Of a stretch of DNA of 64,000 nt, positions 19,915 through 30,367 are shown piece after piece. The notes under the pieces are model-generated. The model did no database searches. It was given only the letters and a program-made list of their open reading frames with translations, and was not told the DNA's origin. Each line of letters begins with the position of its first letter. Position 1 is the stretch's first letter. The position numbers and the translations under genes were made by a program. The stretch is from Myxococcota bacterium (GTDB taxonomy: Bacteria > Myxococcota_A > UBA796 > CAJQPC01): contig JAZAMN010000011.1 of the NCBI GenBank assembly GCA_036229005.1, positions 128,001 to 192,000 of the forward strand, read 5' to 3'.

Positions 19915-20391
19915 CTACTCCTCGCCACCACCCTGCACGTCGTCACCAGCGACTTCCTGCTTGGCGGAGACAGGCTTCTCGTCGCCGACCAGCGAGATCA
20001 CAACCATGGGGGCGTTGTCACCGGTACGGTGGCCCACGCGGGTGATGCGGGTGTACCCGCCAGCGCGGCTCTGGAAGCGCTCGCTGTACTCGTTGAAGAG
20101 ACGGTTGAGGGCCTCACCATCGACCACCTTGCGGCGAGCCTGGCGGAGGGCGTGGAGACGCTTGGCCTTCGCCTCAGCGAGCTCGTCCCCGGTCAGCCCC
20201 TCAAGGGAGCTGGGGGGAACGCGCTTGCCCAGCGAGATGAGCTTCTCGGCGTAACCGCGCAGCTCCTTGGCCTTGGCCTCAGTGGTTTGGATCTTGCCGT
20301 GCAGGAACAGGCTGGTAGCCATGTTCCTGAACATTGCCTTCCGGTGGGAGCTGTTCCGCCCCAGCTTGCGGCCGGACTTTTCGTGACGCAT
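19915..20391 (-). CDS. rplQ: 50S ribosomal protein L17
   Basis: MRH..GRKLGRNSSHRKAMFRN, TTEAKAKE, RAGGYTRI. Confidence 0.97.
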   Translation of the reverse strand: MRHEKSGRKLGRNSSHRKAMFRNMATSLFLHGKIQTTEAKAKELRGYAEKLISLGKRVPPSSLEGLTGDELAEAKAKRLHALRQARRKVVDGEALNRLFNEYSERFQSRAGGYTRITRVGHRTGDNAPMVVISLVGDEKPVSAKQEVAGDDVQGGGEE

Positions 20392-20448
20392 TGGGATCTC
20401 CTACGACCTCAAGCAGGGGCTCCGGGTCAAAGACCCGGGCTCTACCGC

Positions 20449-21486
20449 TCAGGCCCGGTTCTTGGGGAAGTTGTGAAGCTTCATGCCCAAGGAGAGCTGC
20501 ATGTCGGACAGAATCTCCTTGATCTCATTGAGGGACTTGCGACCAAAGTTCTTGGTCTTGAGCATCTCGGCCTCGGTCCGCTCGACCAGCTGCCAGATGT
20601 ACTCAATGCCGGCGTTCTGCAGGCAGTTGGCGGAACGAACCGAGAGCTCGAGCTCGTCCACGCGCTTGTACAGGTGCTCGCTCCACTGCTCCTCGGGCTC
20701 GGCGCTCTCTGCGACCACCGGCTCGTCTTCCTCGGAGAAGTTGACGAAGATTGCAAGCTGCTCGCGGAGAATCTTGGCCGAGTAGGCCACGGCGTCCTCG
20801 GGGAGGACAGAACCGTCGGTCCAGACCTCCAGGGTCAGCTTGTCGTAGTCCGTACGACGACCAACGCGAGCGTTGGTGACGGCGTACTTGACCTTCTTGA
20901 TCGGCGTGTGGATCGAGTCGACCGGGATGGCACCCAGCTCGTGGTCGTCGCCCTTGTTCTGCACTGCAGGGACGTAGCCCTTGCCCATGTTGAAGCGCAG
21001 GTGCGCCTCAAAGGTGCCATCCTGAGTCAGGGTGGCGATGGGGTGCTCGGGGTTCAGGACCTCCGCCTCAACGCCCTCATCAAAGACGACATCAGCGCCC
21101 GTGACGATGACGCTGGTGCGGGAGGCACCAACCTTCTTGATGCTCGCACCGAATGCATCCATCGCGGTGGTCTTGATCAGCAGGCCCTTGAGGTTCAGCA
21201 CGACGTCAGTGACGTCCTCAACCACACCGGGGATGGAGGAGAACTCATGGAGCACCCCTTCGATCCGAACGGACGTGACAGCGCAGCCCTGCAGCGAGGA
21301 CAGCAGGACACGACGCAGGCTGTTGCCGATGGTCGTGCCAAAGCCACGCTCCAGCGGACGCGCGACGAACTTGCCGTACGTGCTGCTGGACCGGGAGTCG
21401 CGCTCGACCGCCCGGGGCTTGATGAGGTTGCGCCAGTTGGCGTAGACGTGCTCCTCGAGGGGAGGCAGATCAGACATGTCACTCAT
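20449..21486 (-). CDS. rpoA: RNA polymerase alpha subunit
   Basis: [44 protein letters not shown]. Confidence 0.98.
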   Translation of the reverse strand: MSDMSDLPPLEEHVYANWRNLIKPRAVERDSRSSSTYGKFVARPLERGFGTTIGNSLRRVLLSSLQGCAVTSVRIEGVLHEFSSIPGVVEDVTDVVLNLKGLLIKTTAMDAFGASIKKVGASRTSVIVTGADVVFDEGVEAEVLNPEHPIATLTQDGTFEAHLRFNMGKGYVPAVQNKGDDHELGAIPVDSIHTPIKKVKYAVTNARVGRRTDYDKLTLEVWTDGSVLPEDAVAYSAKILREQLAIFVNFSEEDEPVVAESAEPEEQWSEHLYKRVDELELSVRSANCLQNAGIEYIWQLVERTEAEMLKTKNFGRKSLNEIKEILSDMQLSLGMKLHNFPKNRA

Positions 21487-21608
21487 GGATGTCTCCAGCG
21501 GGTTTCAGCGCCAACGACCAGCATGGCGTTCTACACCCGGGAAGCGAGCAGCGGCCGAGGCCGAGGTTGGTCAGACCAGGCGCAAAAGGCGCCCTGCAGT
21601 GAACAGAA

Positions 21609-21998
21609 TCAGACGCGACGACGCTTGGGAGCGCGGCAGCCGTTGTGCGGGATGGGCGTGACGTCCTTGATCATGGTGATCTTGAGGCCAGCGTTGGCCA
21701 CGGCACGCAGGGCGCTCTCGCGACCGGAACCGGGACCCTTCACGAACACCGCGACCGAACGCATGCCATGGTCCATGGCCTTGCGGGCGGCATCCTCGGC
21801 GACCAGCTGAGCCGCGAAGGGGGTGCTCTTGCGGGAGCCCTTGAAGCCCTTCACACCAGCGCTGGACCAAGCCACCGTGTTCCCGGCGGGATCGGTGAAG
21901 GTCACGATGGTGTTGTTGAAGGTCGCCTGGATGTGCACTGCACCGGCGGGGATATTCTTCTTTACGCGCTTTCCGCGCTTCTTCTTGGGAGCAGCCAT
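21609..21998 (-). CDS. rpsK: 30S ribosomal protein S11
   Basis: [31 protein letters not shown]. Confidence 0.98.
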   Translation of the reverse strand: MAAPKKKRGKRVKKNIPAGAVHIQATFNNTIVTFTDPAGNTVAWSSAGVKGFKGSRKSTPFAAQLVAEDAARKAMDHGMRSVAVFVKGPGSGRESALRAVANAGLKITMIKDVTPIPHNGCRAPKRRRV

Positions 21999-22011
21999 GA
22001 CAGACCTCCTT

Positions 22012-22374
22012 TCAGCGACGGCGCGCGAGGCGCTTCGGCCCCTTGCGGGTGCGGGCGTTGGTGTGGGTGCGCTGACCACGGACGGGGAGTCCGCGCTTGT
22101 GACGCAGGCCGCGGTACGCGCCCAGGTCGATCAGTCGCTTGATGTTCATCGCGACTTCCTTGCGGAGTTCACCCTCAACGGTGTAGCTGCGCTGGATGAC
22201 GTCACGCAGACGAGCGACCTCGACCTCGGAGAGGTCCTGCACTCGGATCTGGGGCTCGACTTCAGCCTCCGCGAGAATCAGGCCGGCGGTGTGCCGACCA
22301 ATCCCGTAGACGTAGGTGAGCGCAATATCAATGCGCTTGTTGCGTGGAAGGTCCACGCCTTCGATACGTGCCAT
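22012..22374 (-). CDS. rpsM: 30S ribosomal protein S13
   Basis: [29 protein letters not shown]. Confidence 0.98.
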   Translation of the reverse strand: MARIEGVDLPRNKRIDIALTYVYGIGRHTAGLILAEAEVEPQIRVQDLSEVEVARLRDVIQRSYTVEGELRKEVAMNIKRLIDLGAYRGLRHKRGLPVRGQRTHTNARTRKGPKRLARRR

Positions 22375-22464
22375 TCGTCCTCTCCTCGCCGGAACGCCGG
22401 TTCAACGGTGGACAGTTTCGTTGTTGAAATGCGACATGGGCCCTGACGGGCCCGAAGCCGCTGG

Positions 22465-22493
22465 CATCTATGAGAGATGCCAAAGAAAGTCAA
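22465..22493 (-). promoter_or_regulatory. Putative alpha-operon promoter
   Basis: Minus strand TTGACT-17nt-TAGATG between secY and rpsM. Confidence 0.5.
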
Positions 22494-22501
22494 GCTGGAG
22501 A

Positions 22502-23854
22502 TCAGCTATCGCTGGACTGCTGCTCCAGAAGGCGCCGACGCCGGCCCCGGCCAGCGCCTCCCCCACCCTCGCCCATCAAGCCATCGTAGTGCTTGGTGAG
22601 CAGGTGTCCCTCGATCTGCGCGACCGTGTCGAGAGAGACACTGACTACAATCAGCAGGCTGGTGCCGCCGAAGTAGAAAGGCACACCGAACTCGTTGATC
22701 AGCAGCGTGGGGACGATGCAGATGGCAGCCAGGTAGATGGCGCCAGCAGTGGTCAACCGGCTCAAGATGGTATCGATGTAGTCAGCGGTCTGCTTCCCGG
22801 GCCGGATTCCCGGGATGTAGCCACCCTGCTTCTTGAGGTTGTCCGCGACATCTACGGGGCTGAAGGTCACAGCCGTGTAGAAGAAGGCGAAGAACACGAT
22901 GAGCAGTACATAGACGAGGTTGTAGAGCCAACGTCCCGGGGTCAAAGCACCGATGACCTGCTGCACGACGGGGTGCTGCCAGAAGGTGGCCAGCGTAGCC
23001 GGGAACATCAGCAGGGCACTGGCAAAGATCGGCGGGATGACGCCGGCCACATTCACCTTGAGCGGCAGGTGGGTTGCCTGTCCACCGTAGACACGACGTC
23101 CCACAACGCGCTTGGCGTACTGGATGGGCAGCCGCCGCTGTGCGCGCTCAAAGAAGACAATGCCGGCCAGGACGAAGAACATGAAAACAGCCAGACCAAC
23201 CAAGAACACCAGGTTCATTTGGCCGTCTTGGACCTTCTGGACCAACTGAAAGATGCCCTGGGGCATCCCAGCAATGATGCCAGCCGTGATGATCAGGCTC
23301 GCCCCGTTGCCAACACCACGCTCGGTGACCTGCTCGCCCAGCCACATGACGAAGCAGCTACCGGCCGTCATCGTCACGATGGTCATGAACTCGAACCAAG
23401 GGCCGGCGTTCAACACGACGTCCTGACCGCCCGCAGCCTTCATCTGCTCAAGTCCCTTCGCAATTGCAAAGGACTGAACGATGGCGATGGCGATGGTGCC
23501 ATAGCGCGTGTACTGAGTGATCTTGTTGCGTCCTGCCTGTCCTTCCTTGGACAGGCGCTCCAACTGCGGCACAGTGGCCGTCAGTAGCTGCATGATGATG
23601 GACGCAGAGATGTAGGGCATGATGCCCAACACAAACACGCTGAACTGCTCAAGGGCTCCGCCCGAGAACATGTCGTAGAGACCGAACAGCGTGTTGGAGT
23701 TGCTCGAGAAGAAGCTGGCCAGCGCCGTGCGGTCTACACCCGGCGCAGGCACAAAGACCCCAAGGCGATACACCGCGAGCATCGCGAGCGTAAACAGAAT
23801 CCGGTTCCGAAGCTCTGGAACGCGGAAGATGTCCTTGAGGGAGCTAGCGTTCAC
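22502..23854 (-). CDS. secY: Preprotein translocase subunit SecY
   Basis: LGIMPYISASII, WLGEQVTERGVGNG, IPGIRPG, GGTSLLIVV. Confidence 0.98.
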   Translation of the reverse strand: MNASSLKDIFRVPELRNRILFTLAMLAVYRLGVFVPAPGVDRTALASFFSSNSNTLFGLYDMFSGGALEQFSVFVLGIMPYISASIIMQLLTATVPQLERLSKEGQAGRNKITQYTRYGTIAIAIVQSFAIAKGLEQMKAAGGQDVVLNAGPWFEFMTIVTMTAGSCFVMWLGEQVTERGVGNGASLIITAGIIAGMPQGIFQLVQKVQDGQMNLVFLVGLAVFMFFVLAGIVFFERAQRRLPIQYAKRVVGRRVYGGQATHLPLKVNVAGVIPPIFASALLMFPATLATFWQHPVVQQVIGALTPGRWLYNLVYVLLIVFFAFFYTAVTFSPVDVADNLKKQGGYIPGIRPGKQTADYIDTILSRLTTAGAIYLAAICIVPTLLINEFGVPFYFGGTSLLIVVSVSLDTVAQIEGHLLTKHYDGLMGEGGGGAGRGRRRRLLEQQSSDS

Positions 23855-23856
23855 GG

Positions 23857-24309
23857 TCAGACGACCTCAGCGGTCCCACCGGCGGCCGCGATCTTGTCAG
23901 CAGCAGTCTTGCTGAACTTGGCTGCCTTGACGGTGAGCTTCTTGGACAGCTCGCCACGGCCGAGGATCTTGAGTCCGTCCTTGCCAACGCGAGCCACGAC
24001 ACCCTGCTCCTTGAGCAGCGCCAGATCGATCTCTGCACCGTCCTCGAAGCGAGCCTCGAGCTCAGAGACGTTCAGGACGGTGTAGTCCTTGGCGAAATTG
24101 TTGTGGAAGCCGCGCTTGGGCAGGCGGCGCTGAAGGGGCATCTGGCCACCCTCGAAGCCGACCTGGATGCCGGAGCCAGAGCGGGAGCCGTAGCCCTTCT
24201 GTCCGCGACCAGCGGTGCGCCCCTTACCGGAGCCCTCACCACGACCAACGCGCTTGCGGGTCTTGGTGGACCCGGGAGCGGGCTTGAGGTTTGCGAGTTC
24301 GTTTGCCAT
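23857..24309 (-). CDS. rplO: 50S ribosomal protein L15
   Basis: [29 protein letters not shown]. Confidence 0.98.
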   Translation of the reverse strand: MANELANLKPAPGSTKTRKRVGRGEGSGKGRTAGRGQKGYGSRSGSGIQVGFEGGQMPLQRRLPKRGFHNNFAKDYTVLNVSELEARFEDGAEIDLALLKEQGVVARVGKDGLKILGRGELSKKLTVKAAKFSKTAADKIAAAGGTAEVV

Positions 24310-24350
24310 TTTGGGTATCTCCACGCGGCAGGACCGCGTAAGCGAGGCGC

Positions 24351-24536
24351 TCAGGCCTCGACCTCTTCGACGTCCACCAGGTGGATGACCTTCTTGACCA
24401 TGCCGCGAACTGCAGGCGTGTTCGGCAGGACCCGCTCCGAGCGGATCTTGCGAAGCCCCAGGCCCTTCACAGCAGCGATCTGCTTGTCGGTAGCACCGAT
24501 GGTCGAACGCTTGAGGGTGACCTTGATGTTCTTCAC
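24351..24536 (-). CDS. rpmD: 50S ribosomal protein L30
   Basis: [24 protein letters not shown]. Confidence 0.95.
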   Translation of the reverse strand: MKNIKVTLKRSTIGATDKQIAAVKGLGLRKIRSERVLPNTPAVRGMVKKVIHLVDVEEVEA

Positions 24537-24598
24537 TTGAACGTCCTTCTGCCGGAGGGCGCCGTGTACTTAAACACCACGCCCCTCACGGCTACTGT

Positions 24599-25153
24599 TT
24601 ACTGGATGGAAGCCCAGTGGGCCTCACCCACCACGTAGTTGGGGGTCACCTCGCTCACGTCCTTCCCGACGCGAACAGCGTACTGCTCGGGAGTCTCGAG
24701 AAGGTGCAGAGCGTTGAGCGTAGCCCGCACAACGTTGTGGGAGTTGTTGGTACCAAGGCACTTGGTGAGCACGTTGTGGTAGCCAGCCGCATCCAGGATG
24801 GCCCGGATGCTGGGCCCAGCGATGACGCCGGTACCGGGAGCAGCGGGGAGCAGCAGCACCTGACCGGCGCCGAAGTTCCCGACCTGCTTGTGCGGAACGG
24901 TACCGTCCACCATTGCGGCCTGGAACATGTTGGCCCGAGCCTTCGTGCTCGCCTTGCGAATCGCCTCAGGCACCTCGTTGGCCTTGCCGAACCCGACGCC
25001 GACCTTGCCCTCACCATCGCCAACGACGACGATAGCCGAGAAGCTGAAGCGACGGCCGCCCTTGACGACCTTCGCAACGCGGTTGATGTTGATGACCTTT
25101 TCAGTCAGTCCGTCATCGGGCTGATTGCGGCGTCCGCGGGACATCCTTGCCAT
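24599..25153 (-). CDS. rpsE: 30S ribosomal protein S5
   Basis: NRVAKVVKGGRRFSF, GKANEVPEAIRKA, PGTGVIAG. Confidence 0.97.
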   Translation of the reverse strand: MARMSRGRRNQPDDGLTEKVININRVAKVVKGGRRFSFSAIVVVGDGEGKVGVGFGKANEVPEAIRKASTKARANMFQAAMVDGTVPHKQVGNFGAGQVLLLPAAPGTGVIAGPSIRAILDAAGYHNVLTKCLGTNNSHNVVRATLNALHLLETPEQYAVRVGKDVSEVTPNYVVGEAHWASIQ

Positions 25154-25202
25154 TGAAAACCTCCACCGAAGCCAAGCTCCGGAAGTGACCGGGCGACCGG
25201 TC

Positions 25203-25571
25203 TCAGAACTTGAGACCACCGTCGCGTGCGGCATCGGCAAGAGCCTTCACACGCCCGTGGTACAGGTAGCCATTGCGATCAAAGACAACGCTGGACACAT
25301 CAGCCTCTGCAGCCTTCTTGGCGATGAGCTCGCCAACGGCCTTTGCTGCCTCGATGTTGCCCCGATGCCCCTCATACCCCTTCAGGTCGGAGGACAGGGT
25401 CGAAGCCGCTGCCAGAGTCTTGCCGCTGTCATCGTCGATGAGCTGGGCGTAGATGTGCTTCGCGCTGCGGAAAACGCTGAGCCGAGGACGGTCTGCAGTG
25501 CCGCGCAGGTGCTTCCGGATGGAAACCTTGCGACGGAGACGGGCCGTCTGGCGAGAGTTGGTGTTTGCCAT
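25203..25571 (-). CDS. rplR: 50S ribosomal protein L18
   Basis: [32 protein letters not shown]. Confidence 0.98.
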   Translation of the reverse strand: MANTNSRQTARLRRKVSIRKHLRGTADRPRLSVFRSAKHIYAQLIDDDSGKTLAAASTLSSDLKGYEGHRGNIEAAKAVGELIAKKAAEADVSSVVFDRNGYLYHGRVKALADAARDGGLKF

Positions 25572-25582
25572 TGGTGACTCCG

Positions 25583-26119
25583 TTACTTCTTGGCGGCCTT
25601 GCCGGCCTTGAGACGGACGTTCTCACCTTCGTAACGAACGCCCTTACCCTTGTAGGAGTCGGGAGCCCGGAAGGACCGGATGACAGCAGCCGCCTGGCCA
25701 ACCGTCTCGCGATCCGGGCCGGTCAGCGTCACAAGCGTCTGCTTGTCCACGCTCACCGAAACCCCCTCGGGGGGATCGAAAGTGATCGGGTGGGAGTAGC
25801 CCAGGTTGAGGAGCAGGCTCTTGCCCTTGACCTCTGCCCTGTAGCCGACACCGATGATCTCGAGCTTCCGGGTGAAGCCCGTGGACACACCCACGACCAT
25901 GTTGTTGATGAGGGCACGCATCAGCCCGTGGTTGGAGCGGTGCTGCTTGCTGTCAGACTGCCGGGTCACGATGACCTGGTTGTCCTCAACCTTGACGTCA
26001 ACACCGTCCACCAGGGGACGCTCGAGTTCGCCCTTGGGGCCCTTGACCACGACCTTGTCGGTGATGGTGACCTCGACCTTCGCAGGAAGATCGACGGGCT
26101 TCTTTCCAATACGGGACAT
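25583..26119 (-). CDS. rplF: 50S ribosomal protein L6
   Basis: [28 protein letters not shown]. Confidence 0.98.
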   Translation of the reverse strand: MSRIGKKPVDLPAKVEVTITDKVVVKGPKGELERPLVDGVDVKVEDNQVIVTRQSDSKQHRSNHGLMRALINNMVVGVSTGFTRKLEIIGVGYRAEVKGKSLLLNLGYSHPITFDPPEGVSVSVDKQTLVTLTGPDRETVGQAAAVIRSFRAPDSYKGKGVRYEGENVRLKAGKAAKK

Positions 26120-26130
26120 GCTCTTCCTCC

Positions 26131-26529
26131 TTACCAGACGTAGCAGAGGACTTCGCCACCAACACCCTCACGCCGGGCGGTGCTGTCAGTGAGCACGCCC
26201 CGAGGGGTGGTGAGGATTGCAACGCCGAGCCCGTCACGAACGCGCGGAATCTCAGCCTTGCCGACGTACTTCCGCCGTCCAGGCTTGGAAACCCGCTGCA
26301 GACCGCGGATGACGCCCTTGTTGGACTTGTCGTACCGCAGGAAGACCTTGATGCTCCCCTGCGGCTTCTCGGGGATGTCGATGTAGCCCTCAACGAAGCC
26401 TTCGGCCTTGAGGATCTTCACCATCTCCAGCTTGATCTTGGAACGCGGGATAACCACGCTGGAGTGGCCCGCCTGAGAGGCGTTCCGGATCCGCGTCAGC
26501 ATATCCGCGATCGGATCTGTCATGGACAT
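26131..26529 (-). CDS. rpsH: 30S ribosomal protein S8
   Basis: MTDPIADMLTRIRNA, SKPGRR, GGEVLCYVW. Confidence 0.98.
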   Translation of the reverse strand: MSMTDPIADMLTRIRNASQAGHSSVVIPRSKIKLEMVKILKAEGFVEGYIDIPEKPQGSIKVFLRYDKSNKGVIRGLQRVSKPGRRKYVGKAEIPRVRDGLGVAILTTPRGVLTDSTARREGVGGEVLCYVW

Positions 26530-26608
26530 GTTTTGTTCTCCAGTTCGGAGCTGGTTTCCTCAGGGAGGACCTGGCTCGAGGAAGAAAGTCTTAGCGAGCT
26601 CTTGAAGC

Positions 26609-27151
26609 TCAGCTACGGAAAGGGAAACCCATCGCCTTGAGGAGGGCACGGCCCTCGGCGTCGGTCTTTGCGGTGGTGACGAACGTGATGTTCATCCCGT
26701 TGATCTTGGAGACCTTGTCGTAGTCGATCTCAGGGAACAGGATCTGCTCCGTCAGTCCCATGTTGTAGTTCCCACGGCCATCAAAGCCCTTGGGATCCAT
26801 TCCACGGAAGTCACGAATACGAGGCATCGCCAGCGACACCAGTCGGTCATAGAAGAACCACATCCGCTCACCGCGGAGGGTCACCCTGGCGCCCAAAGGC
26901 ATGCCTTCACGAAGCTTGAAGTTCGCGATGCTCTTGCGCGCGCGGCTGATGACGGCCTTCTGCCCCGTCAGCAGGGAGAGCTCCTCAGCAGCCTGGTCCA
27001 GGACCTTGGAGTTGCTGATGGCCTCCTTGAGACAGGTGTTCACCACGATCTTCTCGAGGCGAGGCACTTCCATCACGTTGCCGTACTCGAACTCCTTGAG
27101 GAGCGCGGGAACAGCCTGGGTGGCGTAGATGGTCTTGACACGGGGGGTCAT
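26609..27151 (-). CDS. rplE: 50S ribosomal protein L5
   Basis: [28 protein letters not shown]. Confidence 0.98.
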   Translation of the reverse strand: MTPRVKTIYATQAVPALLKEFEYGNVMEVPRLEKIVVNTCLKEAISNSKVLDQAAEELSLLTGQKAVISRARKSIANFKLREGMPLGARVTLRGERMWFFYDRLVSLAMPRIRDFRGMDPKGFDGRGNYNMGLTEQILFPEIDYDKVSKINGMNITFVTTAKTDAEGRALLKAMGFPFRS

Positions 27152-27161
27152 GTCTTACTCC

Positions 27162-27482
27162 TCAGGCGTCCAGCGCCTGGCCGGTCTTGCGGTCAACCCG
27201 CACCTTCCGGCCATCAGCGTTGGTACCGAAGCCGACCTTCACACGACGCTGCTCGGCGGCGTTCCAGAGGGCGACGTTGGAAATGTGGAGGGCGGCCTCA
27301 CGGTGGAGGATCTGGCCAGCCTGCTCGCCGGTGGGCTTCTGGTGCTTCTTCACCAGGTTCACGCCCTCGACAACAAGCCGCGCCTTCGCGGGATCAACGC
27401 TCAGAACGCGCCCCGTCTTGCCCTTGTCCTTGCCAGTGATGACGACAACAGTGTCACCACGCTTGATCTTGTACTTGGCCAT
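27162..27482 (-). CDS. rplX: 50S ribosomal protein L24
   Basis: KIKRGDTVVVITGKDKGK, VEGVN..KKHQKP, HISNV. Confidence 0.97.
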   Translation of the reverse strand: MAKYKIKRGDTVVVITGKDKGKTGRVLSVDPAKARLVVEGVNLVKKHQKPTGEQAGQILHREAALHISNVALWNAAEQRRVKVGFGTNADGRKVRVDRKTGQALDA

Positions 27483-27490
27483 GGCGGTTC

Positions 27491-27859
27491 CTACAGGACC
27501 TCGGGAGCCAGCGCAACGATCTTCATGTACCGCTTCGCACGCAGTTCGCGTGCAACAGGGCCGAAGATACGGGTGCCGATGGGCTCACCGTCCTTGTTGA
27601 TGAGAACAGCGGAGTTGTTGTCGAAGCGAATGTAGGTACCGTCAGCGCGACGGACCTCCTTCTTCGTGCGCACGATGACAGCTCGGGCGACGTCGCCCTT
27701 CTTGACCTTGCCGTTGGGCAGGGCCTCGCGCACAGCAACGACAACAACGTCACCGATGGAGGCGTAGCGACGCTTCGAACCGCCCAGGACCTTGATGGCC
27801 TTGAGCTTCTTGGCGCCGCTGTTGTCAGCTACCTCGAGGGTGCTTTCAGTCTGAATCAT
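27491..27859 (-). CDS. rplN: 50S ribosomal protein L14
   Basis: [24 protein letters not shown]. Confidence 0.98.
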   Translation of the reverse strand: MIQTESTLEVADNSGAKKLKAIKVLGGSKRRYASIGDVVVVAVREALPNGKVKKGDVARAVIVRTKKEVRRADGTYIRFDNNSAVLINKDGEPIGTRIFGPVARELRAKRYMKIVALAPEVL

Positions 27860-27889
27860 GGGATGGTCTCCCTCGCGTCAGAAGTCGGT

Positions 27890-28156
27890 TCAGGAGCCAC
27901 GGGGCGTGCGATCGACCACAACCCACCGCTTGGTGCGGGAGAGGGGCCGAGACTCACGGATGGTGACAGTGTCACCCACGCGGCACTCGTTGGACTCGTC
28001 GTGGGCCTTGTAGACGTTCCGACGGTTGATGTACTTGTGATAGCGCGAGTGCTTCACGCGCCGGTTCACTTCGACGGAGACCGTCTTGTCCATCTTGTCA
28101 GAGGTCACCCGACCCTGCAGGACCCTACGGCCCGAGGTTTCGTTGTGCTCAGCCAT
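27890..28156 (-). CDS. rpsQ: 30S ribosomal protein S17
   Basis: [26 protein letters not shown]. Confidence 0.97.
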   Translation of the reverse strand: MAEHNETSGRRVLQGRVTSDKMDKTVSVEVNRRVKHSRYHKYINRRNVYKAHDESNECRVGDTVTIRESRPLSRTKRWVVVDRTPRGS

Positions 28157-28334
28157 GTTTCGCTCACGTTTGCTGCACACAGGTGCAACGTGGTTTCCGG
28201 TTTATCGGACTTTGGCCAACCCGGTCTCCCACCGAAGCGGGACTCGAAGTTGGTCGGCGCCGTGCCAGCACTCGACGAGTGCAGGTTGTCAGCCGAAGCT
28301 GACCCGGCCCAACAGGGCCGGAAGCGGGCGGCAA

Positions 28335-28658
28335 CTAATCGTCGCCACCAACCTTGTCAACAATCCCCTGCAAAAACCCAGCACCAGCGCCGTCGGCCTG
28401 ACTGCCAGCGTCTGCAGCAGAGAAGCTGCCGCGGAACTTGTTGCGAAGGCTGTCCTTGGCCAAGCCCTGGTTCAGCTCCCGCTCGCGCTGGAAGGTCCGG
28501 GCCCGGGCGATGTCCTTGCGGAGCTTGCCGATGACCGAGGAGTCCTCGAGCTGGTTCGTCGCGAGCTGAAACTCGGCAGTGACCATCTGACGCTCCAACT
28601 GGAGCTCGTGATGGACAAGCTGCTCATCGGTCATGCTCTTCCAATCGGTGGTAGCCAT
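28335..28658 (-). CDS. rpmC: 50S ribosomal protein L29 with C-terminal extension
   Basis: Position between rplP and rpsQ; FQLATNQLED..I..LRKDIARART. Confidence 0.88.
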   Translation of the reverse strand: MATTDWKSMTDEQLVHHELQLERQMVTAEFQLATNQLEDSSVIGKLRKDIARARTFQRERELNQGLAKDSLRNKFRGSFSAADAGSQADGAGAGFLQGIVDKVGGDD

Positions 28659-29074
28659 CAGACCAAGCCCTCCCGGCGGACGATCTTCCACTTGATGGGA
28701 AGCTTGTGACCAGCGCGCTCAAGGGCGCCAACTGCGACCTCCTCCGCCACGCCGTTCAATTCGTAGATAACGCGGCCGGGCTTGACCACGGCCACCCAGA
28801 ACTCCGGGTTGCCCTTACCCTTACCCATTCGGGTCTCGGCGGGCTTCTTGGAGATGGGCTTGTCAGGAAAGACTCGAATCCAGACCTTGCCACCACGCTT
28901 GATGTGGCGGGTCATGGCGATACGGCCAGCCTCGATCTGACGAGAGGTCAGACGTCCGCAGGTCATCGCCATGAGGCCGAATTCACCGAAGGAAACTTCG
29001 TTCCCGCGCCAAGACAGACCGGACATCCGGCCCTTATGGCTCTTGCGGTACTTGACACGCTTGGGGGTCAACAT
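28658..29074 (-). CDS. rplP: 50S ribosomal protein L16
   Basis: [24 protein letters not shown]. Confidence 0.98.
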   Translation of the reverse strand: MLTPKRVKYRKSHKGRMSGLSWRGNEVSFGEFGLMAMTCGRLTSRQIEAGRIAMTRHIKRGGKVWIRVFPDKPISKKPAETRMGKGKGNPEFWVAVVKPGRVIYELNGVAEEVAVGALERAGHKLPIKWKIVRREGLV

Positions 29075-29092
29075 GATGAAACTCCTGGGCCC

Positions 29093-29731
29093 TCAGGCCT
29101 GCTCGCCCGGCAGGACTTCGCCCTTGAAAATCCAGACCTTGACGCCGATCATCCCGTAGGTGGTCTTCGCGGTGGCCTGACCGTAGTCGATGTTGGCACG
29201 GAGGGTGTGCAGCGGAACGCGGCCCTCGTGGTACCACTCCCGCCGGCCCATGTCAGCGCCACCGAGCCGGCCGCCGCACATGACCTTGACGCCCTTGGCA
29301 CCGGCCCGCTGAGCCTGGGTGACTGCCTTCTTCATCGCGCGGCGGAAAGAGACGCGCTTGACGAGCTGGGCGGCGATGTTCTCGGCGACCAACTGAGCGT
29401 CGGTCTCGACCTTCCGGACCTCGATCACGTTGGCGTAAATCTCGGTGGAGGTGAGCTTCTGGAGGTCGCCTCGCAGCATCTCGAGACCCGTCGCACGCTT
29501 GCCGAGGATCACACCAGGCTTCGCAGCGTGGATGTAGACCTTGGCCTTGTTGGCAGCGCGCTCGATGGTGACCTTGGCGACACCAGCGTGGTGGTACTTG
29601 TCCTTGACGAACTTTCGGATCGCGACGTCCTCGTGGACATTGCGCTCGTAGTCCTTCTCGGCGAACCACTGGGCGTCCCAACCGCGGGACACACCAACTC
29701 GGAAGCCGATCGGATGAATCTTGTGACCCAT
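29093..29731 (-). CDS. rpsC: 30S ribosomal protein S3
   Basis: [26 protein letters not shown]. Confidence 0.98.
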   Translation of the reverse strand: MGHKIHPIGFRVGVSRGWDAQWFAEKDYERNVHEDVAIRKFVKDKYHHAGVAKVTIERAANKAKVYIHAAKPGVILGKRATGLEMLRGDLQKLTSTEIYANVIEVRKVETDAQLVAENIAAQLVKRVSFRRAMKKAVTQAQRAGAKGVKVMCGGRLGGADMGRREWYHEGRVPLHTLRANIDYGQATAKTTYGMIGVKVWIFKGEVLPGEQA

Positions 29732-29735
29732 GTCC

Positions 29736-30074
29736 TTACTCCTGGCGGGTGTCGAGGACGACGGTGATGTGGGAAGTGGGCTTACGGACCGGGGTAGCGC
29801 GGCCCTGCGCCCGGGGGCGGAACCGACGCAGACTTGCACCCTCGTTCACGAAGATGGTCTTCACGAAGAGCGCATCGATGTCAACGCTGTCATCGGTGTC
29901 CTCGGCGTTGGCCATGGCGGACTCGATGAGCTTCTTGATCATCGGCGCGGTCTTCTTGCGGGTGAACGCGAGGAGCTCAAGCGCCTCGTCGACATCCTTG
30001 CCCCGGACCATGTCCGCGACCAACCGGGCCTTGCGCGGCGAAACGCGCGCGAAACGGAGACTTGCCTTGGACAT
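29736..30074 (-). CDS. rplV: 50S ribosomal protein L22
   Basis: [24 protein letters not shown]. Confidence 0.98.
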   Translation of the reverse strand: MSKASLRFARVSPRKARLVADMVRGKDVDEALELLAFTRKKTAPMIKKLIESAMANAEDTDDSVDIDALFVKTIFVNEGASLRRFRPRAQGRATPVRKPTSHITVVLDTRQE

Positions 30075-30358
30075 CAGCGGCGCCCCTTGGACTTCTTGTC
30101 CGCAGCGTGCCCGTAGTAGGTACGGGTAGGTGCGAACTCGCCCAGCTTGTGACCGACCATGTTCTCGGTCACGTAGACCGGAATGAACTTGCGGCCGTTG
30201 TGAACGGCAAAGGTCATCCCAATGAAATCGGGAAGAATGGTAGAGCGACGGCTCCAGGTCTTGACCACGGGAGCGTTCTGGCCGCTCTCGCGAGCCTTGG
30301 AGACGCGCTTGAAAAGGTGAGGGTCGACGAAGGGACCCTTCTTGATGGAACGTGCCAC
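30074..30358 (-). CDS. rpsS: 30S ribosomal protein S19
   Basis: [23 protein letters not shown]. Confidence 0.98.
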   Translation of the reverse strand: MARSIKKGPFVDPHLFKRVSKARESGQNAPVVKTWSRRSTILPDFIGMTFAVHNGRKFIPVYVTENMVGHKLGEFAPTRTYYGHAADKKSKGRR

Positions 30359-30367
30359 GGGTTCTCC

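Noticed and set aside
22375..22501. Unannotated small rpmJ in the secY-rpsM spacer (likewise rpsN at 26530-26608 and rpmG at 48462-48611)
   Set aside because: No L36-, S14- or L33-like reading frame found on reading these spacers; the rpsN slot is too short.
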